Source: Phoronis australis (taxonomy: Eukaryota; Animalia; Phoronida). Taken from it: 64,000 bases of DNA. Location: NCBI GenBank assembly GCA_002633005.1, contig NMRA01000241.1:419974-483973 (forward strand), given 5' to 3'. Shown in pieces: positions 11,699 to 25,909 of this stretch (its first letter is position 1; each line of letters opens with the position of its first letter). The translations under genes were made by a program, and so were the position numbers. The notes below the pieces were generated by a model that was not told where the DNA came from, did no database searches, and was given only the letters and a program-made list of their open reading frames with translations.

Positions 11699-14600
11699 TT
11701 AAGAAAGAATGAACAACTTTTTGAACATATCGGCCGGAAGACAATTGTCAATGGATTTGTAGCCAGAATTGTCATTTTTTATTGTATTCTTGATTTTTGT
11801 TAATTAAAAAACAAAAATATTAGAATTCTAGTATTTGGGCCTTATATTTCTATATATGTAAATTCTGTACGAAATTTCAAATTCTGTGAAATTACGTCTG
11901 TTACTGCGGAAAACCAGAGATTAGTGATGACATTGCAATGCAGTTCAGTTATTTCTGTTGCTGACTTGGATTGTAGTTGCATTCACGTGGAAGATTTCCT
12001 GTTTTTGTTATTGTGGCAGTTGAAATTTCCTATTTAAGTCATACTTCTTGTTGTCATGGTAACTAAAACTGAGACAGAGTGTTGAGAAAGTCATTTGATA
12101 AGAGAAGATGAAGCGTATGAAGTTATTGTTTGTCACACTTGACACTCCCTACCTGGTCTGTTTGTGTATATCTTGCATACCTGGTTATGACCAGGAAAGA
12201 TAGGTTATAATGAAACTACCGGGTTGTTATCTGTCAGTGAGTGAAGTAGGTTAATAAGGTGTTAAAGTTATAGGCGACACAGGTGGATGGGCATCTCCTT
12301 TGAACACAAAAAACTAACAGCGTGCTATTTTACGGCTTTGGTGCACACCTTCCCCTGAAAGCTATGGTTGCCCCCAATTACATCATCCTTAAAGTCCTTC
12401 TCTCAAACTGCCCATGTGGTTCCAGTATCCGAAAATACTTACTACATAAAATCTTATTTTCGACACCCTTTCTTTATATTCTTTTCGCCTTTCTTGCCAA
12501 AAGCGATTTTTGTACAGTATTTGACCCTTTTCTCTGAGCGTATGATTACCGGTTGTCATCGGTTATTTCCGTACCAACATTTCCGGCTCATCAGTTCAGG
12601 AACTTGTCGTGAAAGCCGCCATTTTTTCCTTGTAACTGAATGTGTTATCGCTTGCTCGAAAAGTCTTCATTATTTTGTTTTGTTAGTAATATCTCGTGAT
12701 TCGTTTGCATATGTAGTGTATTTATAGTTTGTAGTTAGTGGTCGTTGATGTTTTTTGGAATGTTACGCGTACTTAGTATGTTAAAATAGCATTGGTGTTT
12801 AGTTCCTTACGTAGGCCGGTCGAACCTAGGAACCAATATGGGTCGAACTTATTTGTTTCGGTTTTATTTTCTTTCTCGTTTCGAAAAAATACTTTGCTGT
12901 CGTTAGAAAGGTAGTGCATTCTACTCAGTAAAAATCGAAAAAGTATCAAAATTGGGGCAAGCAGTGTAAAGTTATTGCAAGTTTTGTGGCGAAATTTGGG
13001 TCACTTTGTTACGAGTTTAAAACTTTGTGTAAATTGTTTTCGCCAACAAATTACGGGGAAATTTAGTGAGACATATATTTACTTACTATTCTGCACGATT
13101 TAACAGTGTTCACCAAATTTCAGCCTCGCAGTTGTTACTCATTAAGTGATAAATGTGCTCACAATTCCCGTTGGTCTTCGTCTCATTTCTGGCGGCACCG
13201 ACAACATGGCGACTTTTGCTGAACTGAAAGGCATGTTCAATCGGCTACTTTGTAATTTGGGAAGATTTAACGTTGATATATTTTGACAAACGTTGCTACA
13301 AAAAATAAACTTTGTTCAATTTTCGTGTTTTTTGTGCAAAAATAATAGATGTATTCGAATTATTTTACTGTAAATTTCCCATTCAAGTGATCTTACACTA
13401 AGCTAAAAAAATAGTTGAAATAATTTTGAAATGTTTTTTGTTTGACTATCAACTGCTGTTCAAGACTTGATTCGGTGTCACAAAATGATTCATATTTTTC
13501 TAAATTTGAAGTCTCAATTGCTTTCAAGTCATGTCTTGTAACTTATTGCTTCTTAATTCAGGTTATCAAGTCAACAATATGAATAATCTTAATTTGAGAA
13601 ATAAGCTATGTTGGATTGTGAAGCTTCGAGCCTCTAATTCTTGTTCCTTGCAACTTCATATTTTTTTTAATGATACTTGTCAAATTCTGGTGTAAGGAAA
13701 CACTATTCCGTCACCATGGTAATAGTTATATGTATGTCCACTTTCATATCATGGAAACTGTTGCTGTTGAATAGTGTTTGTAATGCTAAATGTTGTAAAG
13801 TATTGTGCATTTTAAGTTTCTTATTATGTTAAAAGTTTGAATCATTTTGGGTTAATGAATAAAAAATGATAACATGTTGTATTGGACTTGTCATACTTAT
13901 GTGCTCGAACGAGCCCCCTTTTTGGAGAACTGGAAAAGGTCTGCCTCAGTCACAAAAGCACGAATTCCGAAAAAGTAGAAAATGAGACAATATTCCACTA
14001 GAAGACAGGAAGTACCAAAATTTAGAGTCTGCAGTTCACAGCTCTAAACATACCCACTGAATCTTATAGTAAAAGATAGACATTCCCAAAAATTCCAGCC
14101 CCCCCCCCATTCTTTTAGGCTTGGTGCGCTCATACAAAGTCTGGGAAAATCTCTATTGAAAGCCACCAACTTTGCACAGTTCGTCAGAAGTACCCAAGTT
14201 CTAAATAAACCTCGTTTGAGCGAGCGCTGTGGCCAGCCACTAGTTAGGCCTAAGGGTAGCCTTGGCGCAAAGCTGTATAGGCCTACTAACAAGCTGTATT
14301 TTGACGATAGTCTTCACTGGTAGCTGGTGACGAGGCTAACTAAGGTCTGCCGCGGCAGTGTGACACAGGACTAACCAGCCCGTAATTTCCTGCAAGTGTC
14401 TGAAACTACCCTTGAATATATGCAGGATTTATGATTTGACCATTTTACTTCGACAAAACAGCTTGCAACCGCATGCATTTACCGTTCACCAGTGTCTCAT
14501 CTCGATCCGCACCGGGTCCGATAGGCTGCGGTCCCGAGTCTGGCAAAATAATTTCTGTCAAAATTTATTCGCCACATTTCTTCAGCAAATTCGATAAAAT

Positions 14601-15544
14601 TGTCCGTAGTTTGATTTTATTAAAATTAAGGCGCGCTGTCGATTATTTTATCATCGTTTGCTGGCTGGTAACAGTACAGGCACTGCTCCAGTCGCACTGA
14701 CAGCGTTTTCTCGGCCTGGGTTCCTGAATGAATTGTACTTCCGGGTTCGCGGCAAGTTCAAAATGGCGGTGGTTCTTCGGGTGCGAATCGTGAGTGGCGC
14801 GTTCATTTTAACTTTTTTCGAGTACGGATCGTGTATTAGTTATGGGGTAGGTACTTCTTGGATCCTTATAACATCCTCTAACCATGTAATAAGGGTTAAC
14901 AATGCTTGAGAGAAGGACTTTAAGATTCACCATTGTGAGTGTTTTGAGTATGTGTCATAGTTCAATACACTTGAGATGTATAAAGACTGCATCATTACCC
15001 TGGTTCTTAATGACATCTGCCGTAATAAGCCTTTTATTTTATTGCCAGTTATACGAAAACAATGGCTTTGTTGAGTTCTTGCTGAGGTTAGGGCGAACAT
15101 CTTATAATACACAGACTATCATTCGTACACAAACTCCACCTATTACTGCAGAAAATGTCTTCCGTCAGTGTCCTCTTTTGACAGTGATGAATTTACCTTT
15201 AAAAACAATAAGGATTTAATAAAAATAGATAGTAAAAATGACAGGGGGTGTGATTCTAACAGTAAGGCTTAGCCACGCTAGTGAGCCATACATTCTATGA
15301 GAACAGTTAGTGGATTTAGAATTAGGTAATATTGAATCTACATTTTAAAGGAGAATGCCACCCGATTTAATTAGTCTTTTTTACCGTCTTGATCGGTCTA
15401 TATCCACATCGCCTCTTATATGGTCGACCTCACCTTGCTGAGAGGTGTCGCATTAACCTGTGAGGAAGGTGAGAAATGGCGCAGCGACGTCAGTGGTTCG
15501 TCTGCAGAGTGAATGCCGCTACATTGCGGTGCATCGTTCCCGCT

Positions 15545-15870
15545 TGTCCAAACTATGAAGCTGCGAAGAAAGTGGGTGTATTGTTTTTTCGACTTCCTCG
15601 AGAGCCCGAAATGCTTAGGAAGTGGCTCGCGGTAGTGAAGAATGAAAGGTAGGCTGTTGATAGCAAGTATGAGGCCGTGAAACATCTCCGTGTCAGTGGC
15701 CGGCATTTCGTCGACAGTCTCTCTGATGAATTCCGGCTTACCAAAGAACTATCCGTACGTTCCGTTGCCTGTGCATGTTCACGGCGCCTCTCTAGTATTT
15801 CTTGATCAGTGTATTCCGGTTCGAACTGATAGCCTGTGAAACCTAACGATCTGACCCGTGAAGTCTTCAT
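15545..15870 (-). pseudogene. KolX / P2X7 C-terminal-domain-like accessory protein remnant
   Basis: GYQFEPEY...ERL N-terminal motif, then in a shifted frame FHGLILAINSL...KKQY..LRSFIVW; this resembles invertebrate 'P2X7-like' Kolobok accessory proteins, but the Cys cluster is deleted. Motif recognition only. Confidence 0.6.
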
Positions 15871-16499
15871 CGCCTGAGCTCTTGACTAAGTCGAGATTGG
15901 CACGGGGCGAGTTGCCGCTTATTTGTAGACGTTTATTATCCTGCGTTCTGTTTCAAAATGAATTATTCTCATCCTAACCGAAACAAAGTCTGTCTCATTA
16001 GATACAGTTTGTAATGCCTTGGAGTGCTCGTGAGTGCAAATGTTTTGAGAAGCTAGCAATGAATAAACCACTGCGTTACCGGCTTTTGATGCCGGCAACA
16101 AAGGTAATTGACTGGGCACCTAGGCCGTGTGGGTGCATGCTAATTCAGTGTTTGCTGACAGAAAGCTGTTGTGAAATAATTACTCGATTTTATATGCTAT
16201 GGTCACATATTAGGGGAGTCTTTAGTTAGAAATGCAAATACCTTATTCAGATCATTGTTACTGTACAACCTTTGCCCTTATCAGATGATCTGTGGAAGGG
16301 GAACCTAACATTGCGGGCCCNCCCCGACAAGTAAATTTCAGTTTCATGGCTAATTCACATAAATATTTACGTGCACATTGTGACTGGAGGTTAAGTTTCC
16401 AACTCAGGCAGGTTTATGTTCGTGCCAGTCCCGGCAGCTGCGACGGGCCTGATCGGGTTTCGAGCCACTGGCCGGGATAGCGAGTCACGCCGACCGCGA

Positions 16500-16650
16500 C
16501 GGGCCTGATTGGGTTCCGAGCCACTGGCTGGGATGATAACAAGCGTTTTGTGTGTTTAGAACTCAAAAAATCACAAGTATAACCTCACAGATCTAGGTTC
16601 TCCTGTCTGTATTTCACGGAAGAATACTTCGAATTTATAGATCTATGAAC
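16500..16650 (+). pseudogene. Degenerate THAP-like remnant in the Kolobok element
   Basis: Reads KRFVC...RFSCLYFTEEYFE, resembling the THAP W..FV...CSxHFxxxxF pattern; interrupted by stops. Confidence 0.35.
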
Positions 16651-17544
16651 AGACCCCAAACTCCTCAGTGCTGATACGGACCTTGGTAAATTGGCCTGTC
16701 GAACTTTGTAGGCTACGGTGTGTCCAAATACCAGTAAATCTGTAACAGCGAAATAAAACTACACGTTGTTATGAGAACTCGGTGTAGTTTTAAGGGTTTT
16801 TCATTGAAGTGTGACGATTTATTGGTGTTAAACGATGAATTCAAGCGTTAAGCTCACACCAGTAACTGCTGAACAGACTGCGTGTGAAACCAATTGCGTC
16901 ATTGGATAATTTCAACACCTCCGTCTGCCGTCAGGTGTCAGGTAACGCAACCGAACGTGCCATTGTCGAGTAGAACTACTCAATCTAAATTGATACAAAA
17001 CAGGTTTTTTTTGGGTGGCAATCTCCTTTAAGCTGTTTACTAGTCCAGATTCCTGAAACTTTTCACATGCAAGTCCTTGTGAACTTGTGGACATCTGTGT
17101 TGTAATATTACATCAAATGTTTCATACCATAGTTGGATGTTCAGTAAATGTTGACTAGTGAATATTTTGAATTCAGGTGGCAAATTATAAAAACCTGTTT
17201 TTGTAACTGTTTGGCAAGGCACAAAGGATCCTAATTGAGAGCATATTTATGTGTCTGGACAAGCCCTGTTTGAGACTGAGGTCAGTGGGTCATGAGTTGA
17301 CCTAATACTGCACCATCTGCCAAGAAATTATCTCAGTGACAAAAAGTGTGATTGAAATTTTTACACAAAATCATGTTTGATTTGCAGTTAGTTCTCTCAA
17401 GACGTTTTTACCTGGCGAAATGTTTTTGCCAAGTATGTTGCTCTTGAACACTAATTTTTTTCTTTTTCTTTTTTGTTCACACTGTACAGGTCACATTTTT
17501 TATCCAGTTCGCCCTAAATCCACACACAACCTCTGGTTTCGGAA

Positions 17545-17942
17545 CAGGCCTTTATGCAGCGTACGTCCTGGGCGTCTAAATGGACGCCCTAGCACTAATA
17601 TGGATGCCATGGATGCCCAATGTATCATTTGAAGCCCACTATCAATAGGACACACACATTGTAATGATTACTAGGAAGCCTATACAGACTCACAGTGGTG
17701 GCTCTTTTTTCAAAGCAGGAAGAAATATACAATGTATATACAAAGTATATACAGTGTTGCTATGCTTACACTTGGTTGATAGCATTGTAAAAACCTTGGT
17801 CTATGCAATTGTTGGTAAAAAAATCTGTGTGTTTGGGGGGATTTCTGGGGGTGGGGGGTTACGCGTCGGAATCATGGACGCCCTGGAATATTGGGAACCC
17901 CATTTTGGACACCCTATTTTTGAAATCCTGGATGAAGGCCTG
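17545..17942 (+). mobile_element. hAT-type MITE, family B copy 1
   Basis: TIRs CAGGCCTTTATGCAG / CTGGATGAAGGCCTG; 8-bp TSD TTTCGGAA (17537-17544, 17943-17950); homologous to 38564-39050. Confidence 0.9.
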
Positions 17943-19152
17943 TTTCGGAATAGCTAGAACCCTATTGTTTTTCGTAATGACCAAATTCAACTTGAAGATG
18001 GCAGGCATGGCAGCCATTTTGTTTTCGATTTCCGATTCAAATGCTCATAGATGCTGTAATTTTTGATGGACACCGCTGAAAAACATGCCAGGGTTTATTC
18101 TGAACAGGAAGAAGAAATGGCGTAAATTTTTGCATGTGAATACTTCAAGGTGTTTTCTTTCAAATGAAATGAGCTGTAACAATTTTTCTCTCAGAATTAC
18201 CATTTTTAAGTTATTTGACAAAATGTTTTGAAAATTTTCCAAAGTTACGATTCAAATGCTCATAGAGGCCACAATTGTTTTGCGTACTCAGCTTAAAATA
18301 AGCACAATTATTATACCAGACGGGTACTACCTATGTACTTTAAATCATTTACTTTCGGTTAAAGATGGCAGAAGTATCAACCATTGCTTTTGGGCACCTC
18401 AATTTCAGGACATTGTAGAACCAATTTCTTTGAAATTTTTCATGTTTCCTGTAAGTGGCTATTATTGAGAGCTGCTTATCTGGAAGTTGTTTTCAAAATG
18501 GCGATTATGATAAATTTCCATCGTTTTCAATCGTGTTAGGGTTCCACTTTGAACAGGGAGAGCAAATGACATGAGTTTTTGCATGTGGATACTTAAAGGT
18601 ATACTGTTTCAAATGAACTCTTAACAATTTTTTCCTCAAAAATACCGTTTTTGAATTATTTGACTTTTTTACATTTTTTTGAAATATTTGTGGAATTCTG
18701 TGCTCTGTTAGATAGAGTTCTGAACGGGTTTTCCAATTCTTCACTACATGTCTTGTTTTTGAATTACTGTTGGAAAAAAGATTGGGATTTTTTGATAACG
18801 CTGTTCCTTTGTTGACTGATTTTGCTTTTGTTGGTTTACATTCTATTGAACAGGGGCCAGGTCCACTAAAACTGACTAATAGCTAAGACAAATCTTAAAT
18901 TTTAGTAAATTTTAAAATAAAAGTTAAATTTGTCTCAAAACCATTTCAAGAAAGAGATCTTAAGTTTGACTTAATTGTTTGTCATAAGTTTTTAATATAT
19001 TTCGTACTCATTCCTGACATCTTCATTCGTCGTATGATTGTCGTCATCTCCATTGTCTTTTCAGTCACTTTAATCACCAAGTGTCGCTCCTGCAACCTCT
19101 TTCATGTTATTTTTCACTTCACCATATATTGTCTTCCGTCTTACTTCACTGT

Positions 19153-19620
19153 AGGGCCTTTCATACTTACGTCGACCCGTTGATGGTTTGGGGATTTGCG
19201 GTCAGTATGAACGTTTTACTCCGCAGTTAACAGCTCCAATTAACATCGTAGTAGTAAGAGGTGGATTTTAGACCGCAGCGTCGACGCTGCAGTGCAGTAT
19301 GAACACTTAACTCCGGTCCAATTGAAGTTATTGCCAGGTGCCACTGTTATCGACAACAGTTACAAGGTAGTGCCATCACTAATATCTACTTATATTTTGC
19401 TCTAATAATAACCAATTGATTTAAAAATAAGTTTAATGAAACATTGAAAAAAATCTTAGCGTGCAACACTATCTTGCGATAACTTCGATGACGACAACGG
19501 CACACAACCGCTTACTTTGATGTTCATTAACTACCGAAGCCAGTATGAACGGTCCAGATAACTGCGCTGTTTACGTCAACGCTCCACTGAGACCGGAGTT
19601 AAGTCAATATGAAAGGGCCT
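19153..19620 (+). mobile_element. PIF/Harbinger-type MITE, family C copy 1
   Basis: TIRs AGGGCCTTTCATA / TATGAAAGGGCCT, 3-bp TSD TGT; reverse-complement homology to 52197-52705. Confidence 0.85.
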
Positions 19621-21056
19621 TGTGAGACTTAAAACAAGATTTTAAAGGCTTGAGTGACTTGTGCAATGTTAAGTCACCTTACAGGCTGTCAGTACACACT
19701 CTAATAAAAGTGATTAGCTTAAGGGGTGACAGAATTTTGTGCCCTTATTACCCTCCCCCCTGAGTTTGGTTGATTTCTTGGCAGCCATTCATTGATAATC
19801 AATGTTTATAATCATGAATTTATATGCAAAGAGCTTTTATAATCAATATCATGATGACATGTTGGAGCATTTGATTTATGAGGTATGCTTTGGAATAATC
19901 ACAATATAAGCCTGATAAGAGTGAAGGTGGATAAATGTGGTGTTCCTACAGTTTCTTGTGGTAGTGGATGTGTTCACGACATGAGTAGTGCTGTTTAACA
20001 TGCAAGTATGCTAAACAAATGCCAGTTGTGTTCAATCATTACTTTACATATGTGAAAACAAAAATTCTGTAAGTGCATAACCCTGCACTTTTGCTGTACC
20101 TAGCTGGCTCACACAGTTCACATCAATACATCATGCAGTGCCCCCAGCACCATATGATAGTACTTCCTTAAAATGGCCCTTAGTCAACTTACAGAACACT
20201 TAATACTCAATACACTTCTAAATAGTTTCGCCAAATGATTATGTAGTTAAGTGATTGTCCAGCAAAGTGCAGTAAGTAACATAAAGACTGCCCAATATTG
20301 GTACCAAGAATAAATCACTTGACCCTAGGCAAGACTATCAGTCCACCAGTAGCAGTCTTCCATGGTTACATCCTTCTTCTCCATGGTTGTTATATAACTG
20401 TTTACCCAGTGATAATGTTGCATCACATGAATCATAGTGAATAGTGGTGGCTAAAGGCCCTTTCCCTATACAGTTAACAGATGTTAACTATATGGTTATC
20501 CCCCTAAAGTTAAGCATTAGTGATGTAACTGGTGAAGTTTTCGTTGAGAAAGGTCTAAAATCAATCACAGTCTCTTATACTAGGTTACAATAAATTTATT
20601 CTTGAAAAGAACCATTCTAATTATAGCAGTTTTAAGATCCAAACCCTGTCCTGGTTGACAGGCGAAATAACGGGCTGCGCACGTGACTAAGTGGATGACG
20701 TGTTTTTTCTATGTATGGCAGGAGTAAACTCGAATCGCTCACTGATTTACGCACAAAGTTGATTTTCAAGGCTTTATGCAAAGTTAGTCATTGAATACGT
20801 AATCAAAAGTACACCCATTCTTTCTCATGAAGTTAAGCACTGCATCTTTCTAGTGCACCAGTATACATCATTCGGTCTGGGCGCATTTTTTGACAGAAGG
20901 TTGTTATTCGTTCGAGTTGCAACGGAACAGCGCAAACAAATGAAGGAAGTTTGCCCTTAGTTTCATCTGGTTTGCATGTTCAACGGTTCGTGAAGCTAGT
21001 CATAGAATTTTTGTGGGTATTTTGTCAAAGCTGTGTATTTTCCCAGTCCTATTGCA

Positions 21057-21139
21057 AACTGGCTACTGTGTGGAGTATACTAGAGAGTGCCAATTCAACT
21101 GGCTACTGTGTGGAGTATACTAGAGAGTGCCAATTCAAC
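21057..21139. repeat. 40-bp tandem duplication
   Basis: AACTGGCTACTGTGTGGAGTATACTAGAGAGTGCCAATTC x2. Confidence 0.9.
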
Positions 21140-23993
21140 CTCTGCGTTAGCAACTAGCCTTAGTGCTACAGCAAATCCTTTAAACTTCGGGTCTATGTAC
21201 TTCATTGTCAAAGGTTAAGTGTCCATGTACTGGTAATTAGTGTTGGATGCAACATATCTCAACACTCGCCACGCCACGGGGATTCGGTATGAGGTCACCC
21301 TGACATCACAGAACAGGGAAATATTCTCCCCAAAACATGGCTTCCAGTATTTGCCGATCATCATTGTGGTTGTTTATGGTAAAAATAGATGGCAATAGTC
21401 TCTTAATCTCGAGTAATGTCTGAATATTTATTCAACTAAAACAACAGATAATGTTTACCAATCAGAAATGTTAAAATTCTTCGTTCAGCCGTAGTTTTTG
21501 TCGAGGTTGTCTTGAAACAGGCTGTCTTTGTCTTGGCCAAATCCATCCAAGCTGTCATTTTTTAAAACTGGACGTCCAACTGACGGCTGCTAGATGAGTC
21601 CCTACTGCGGAGCCATAGGGAAAGTTATATCTCCAGGACTGCTGGGCTATCAGGATATAACAAGTCTTTACGTGACTGTTGGGCTATCTAGATGCTGTGC
21701 GTGGACAAAAATTAGTGATATCTGTGCATGGGACCATTGACAAAAGTCGTCCATTTCTAGTAGAAATTAGTGCTTATGTTTAGGGACTCACCCTCATTCT
21801 AGAAAAAGATGGCTATGGGTCAGTTGAGCCACGGAGCTCCAGATGTGTAGGCCTGGAGCACCTATGGGTCCTTTAGTATTTTGCGTTGTTTTTAGATTTG
21901 ATTTTTGGGAGTTGTCATTTTAATGCGTGTGATTTTGTCTGTTACTTTGCAACATTCCTTGAAGATTGACCTATCATAAGCTCCGCCCCTTTGCGAAAAG
22001 TCAGGTGACATCCAACAAACAAGATGTGAGAGCAAATACACTGTCGCTAAACGACATTCCTGGTGGAATCGATGAGTGTTTTTTGCCCAATCCAAGAATG
22101 CTTCAGGCGATGCTTTTAAGCAGAGAATCCTACGTTCATAATCATAAATGTGGGAATTTTTAAAGGTGATGATAAAAAATAAGTGTTCGAGGAAAAATAT
22201 ATCAGAGCCAGCGAAAATCCGAAGAACCCTACACGGGGTTCACCTTCACCTGACAAATGACAAGGCCACTGATGCGATATGTTTATGAAAAGCTGGGTAT
22301 GTACCTTAAAGTCGAATTATCCGTACTACACCATAGATTTCAGGATCTTTCGAATAAGATTAGTGAAGATTCACCGATATTTCTGTTCTGTCTGCTAATT
22401 TATTCTGCCTAATGAAAAGGAGGTCACAACTGGTGGGACTCTGCGAGTAAAGTAGTAAGTCGAGTCGATAGCATTGTTTACGCTTTTCTAATCTTTGAAC
22501 GAAATGTTTTGATTAAAAAACTCAACTTCATAGCTCAAGTACACACTCATCTTTCCTAGGCACGCAGTTAGCTCCGGTTGATGTAGGTTTGTGTCCAAGT
22601 CAATTTAATGCAGGGCCGTTACTGCACCATTAAGACATTTAACTTAGGCCTACCTTCCAATGAACTTTGCATTTTTATGCTCATTAATTCTTTTTGAAAG
22701 CTTCATAAATCTAAATATCATGCTTGTACAACTTCAAAATGAGCTCTCTCTAACTCTACAGGCGAAGCGTATACTAGAAGTTCTCATGAAAAAGTAACTC
22801 AGCTGTTTATTCTTTCGTGACAACAGCTTGAACAAGGCTTTGAGTTCAGTAATCCTGTGCGATCGACTCTCAATTTTGGAGAGAAGTTCAGTTGAACGCC
22901 AGCCTACGAGTATATGAATAACAAAAAATGTACCTCTGCTACGAAACAAAACGATGTCCATTTGGTCAAAGTAAATGAAAAATAATAAAAATGTCCTGAT
23001 TAAGAACAACAATTTTCAGGGACTACAACCGCTAGATGTATTGCCTCCAGCAGGTGCCGAGACAAAGGTGGCAAGACGAGTGAAACTGTGATAAGCCTAC
23101 ACTATAGCCACCACACTGAAAAGTGTGTATCTTGGAACAAATATATTTTGTGTTTAACGTTCGAGTAATCAAGCGACATTGCCAAGTTGAGCTGCTCGTG
23201 TGTCTGTTCACATAGTTTGATCCATACTGACCATAATTTACACCTTTCGACATCACTTTTTGGCTTAGGAGATGCCCAAAAATAACTGGATATTCTTCTT
23301 TAGCTAACACACAACAACAACACCTTTTCACGTACCATTCTTATGGCACAATTTCTTAAGCTATAGACTACAATAATTTTTACATGTCAACGTGTTGTTT
23401 TTCGGGTACAATAGCAGCTTGGAAACACAGATGAAGGTGTGTCAAGAAGGCTGCATTCTGATTGGTCAGTTAAGCCGTAGGTCATGATCCTGGTGATAGG
23501 TCAATTAGCAATTGATCTGAATAGCTAACTGTATTTCAATTTAACCAGTTGTAAATTATAAATGCTCTGTTGGGTTTTGAATTTTGACTATACAATTTGC
23601 TAATGTTGTCGTTATGGTCACTTACATAATTAGTTTTTACATTCTGCTGTGCATTGGCTGCATGGTTGATTCACAGTTCGAAGGCACTCGTTGGCTTGAG
23701 TGAAGCAATCACTGTGTGCCAATGAATGATGCAGAGGGAGGAGGGGGGGGGGAGTAATTTTGGGGTAGATTGTCAGCACCATTCCCTGAAAAGTGTTAAT
23801 AAATTATGTGAAATTCCACTCATCAGTCACAAAAAATCCCAATGTTTGAAAATCTCAGCTCCAAAACACTAGTTTTGGCTACTTGAGTAATTGCGACTGG
23901 GGGGTGCATTGGTGGTGACGGGCACCGAGACCAAATAATCTCATAGAAGGCACCGGCACCTTTCCATCCAGGTTAACGAGGGCCCCCGAGATA

Positions 23994-25909
23994 CGGTAAA
24001 GTGCGTGATTTTCGGACACTGAAAATTAATTCCAATAGAAAAAATTCATTCTTGGACGAATCTCGCGAAACATCATTTCTGTGGTGTCCGAATTTGGCGG
24101 ACCTCCAAATTTGGGTTTCCGCTAGTGTCCGAATTTCGTGGGTGTACATTATTTCGATGAGCGGTCGTAGTATCAACATTGCTGGCTCGGTCATTTGATA
24201 GCAGTATAATTGCAGGTAAATAAGACTCAAATGGTCTGAGCGATTAATTTTTGAAAATCTGGCTTTCCCAATATGAAATGTGCACCGTCGACGCACAAAG
24301 ACCGTTCCCAACAAGTGTTGGTTTTTCTTTTCAAAGATGCTCTTTCTCAATATGAAATAATCGGCTTGCATTGCCGATGCTCAAAAACCGTTCTCAGCAA
24401 GTGACGGAATCTTTTCAAAACTGCGCTATCTCACTTGAAATATCGGCCGGGCTGCGTTGTGAAGAGTCTTCCTGGTGACAAATATGGGCTTTTCAATGAG
24501 TGGGTCTGGTTTGCGTTGTTGACGCACATGAAACGTTACAGACAACCGATTTTCTTTTGTAAGAATGCGTTTTCTCATCCGAGTTTGCGCTGTCAACGCA
24601 TGGTTTCCCAATGAAAAGCTGGACTTGCGTATTCGGTGCACAAAGAGGGTTCCCGACCATCAAAACATGCGCTTTCTCAATTTTAACGAATTTTCCATTA
24701 AACGTAACAGTAATGGATGTGGGAACGAGTTCAATGGAGAAAGTGACGAACAATGACAAGAACATAGAATATATTTGTGTTTGTTAAATGTATCCATGCA
24801 TTGTCTGCTGGTTACAAACCGAAATGCAAGTTAACTCGGACACGTTTATTTCCATATTATCTGAAAGCTCAGTTTCAACATAAAAACTTCGATTGAACAA
24901 TTACCCAAAATAGATTACAAAGACAGCACACGATCACACTATCTTCTTTAGCGAGATTCTTGCATCTGCGATGCTTAGAGAGCAACAGACAATTTGTAAG
25001 GCTAGTGAAACGTGGTTACGTGGATGTACATTAGTTTTTGATATGTGTTATAGCACACCGGCGCTTACACAACATAGGTCAGGGATGCAATGTCTCTGTA
25101 ACAATTGCGTGTGCGCCGCGCCCCTTTCTGATTGCTGGGCCTTGCACTTTTTTTTTGATTTTTAACCAGCTTTACTTTGGCTCAGTCTCATTCGGCTGCT
25201 GCTGTTCACTATCTACACTACTTTGAACGCGCCATACCTACGGACAGACTTAGCTGTGGCGTATTGTGAATGGAGGCCTAAACAAAAAATATTTCTCATC
25301 ACGTCAAGAATAAAATCCGGACACGTCGTCGGGAGATTTTAGCCACTAACAAGGGCATTTGCAAAGGCCAGGACGTTTTAGAAATAAAAACGTTTCGTAA
25401 ACACGCAAGTTGATGTCAGGCATGCAAGTTCAATGTCACAGTCGGAAGTCGAACAACACGGTCTAATTGAACCAGAGCAAATGTTACGCTACAACGAAAA
25501 ACTGCAGCCTTCGGTGTATTTCCCATTTGTATTTTCATCAGAAATTTTCGTCATGCGGGACTCGGTGACTCTTTTCATAGCTAAAGCGCCAAACACAAGC
25601 TAAGCGCAAGACAATTGAGTAACGGTCATGACATCGTCAAGACAAGGTAAAAATTACAAAGTAATCGTCCGTTGAACGCTTTAGTGACACAGGAGTTGCG
25701 TCGAACCCAAATTAGCGTTTCTAAAATTTTCCTTGTCCGAAAGTCGCGGACAAAAATCCGACGTTTATGACATTGTCCGAAATTCGAAGATCATTGAAAA
25801 ACAGTTTTTGGACCTTGTACGAATTTCGTGGACTATGAAAAACTCATTTTGGAAATATTTATTCTTGGTCGAAAATGGCGGGCCGTCCGAAAATCACGCG
25901 ACTTTACCG
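23994..25909. mobile_element. Non-autonomous Tc1/mariner (Tigger-like) element
   Basis: TA-CGGTAAAGTGCGTGATTTTCGGAC ... GTCCGAAAATCACGCGACTTTACCG-TA; repeated subterminal GTCCGAA motifs at both ends. Confidence 0.85.

Larger units (their letters stand above)
15349..17027. mobile_element. Kolobok DNA transposon, internally deleted
   Basis: TIRs AGGAGAATGCCACCC / GGGTGGCAATCTCCT (14/15), TTAA at 15345-15348 and 17028-17031; KolX-like remnant on - strand and THAP-like remnant on + strand in divergent arrangement. Confidence 0.85.

Noticed and set aside
21850-23340. Possibly decayed coding sequence
   Set aside because: Stops in all frames and no motif I could assign
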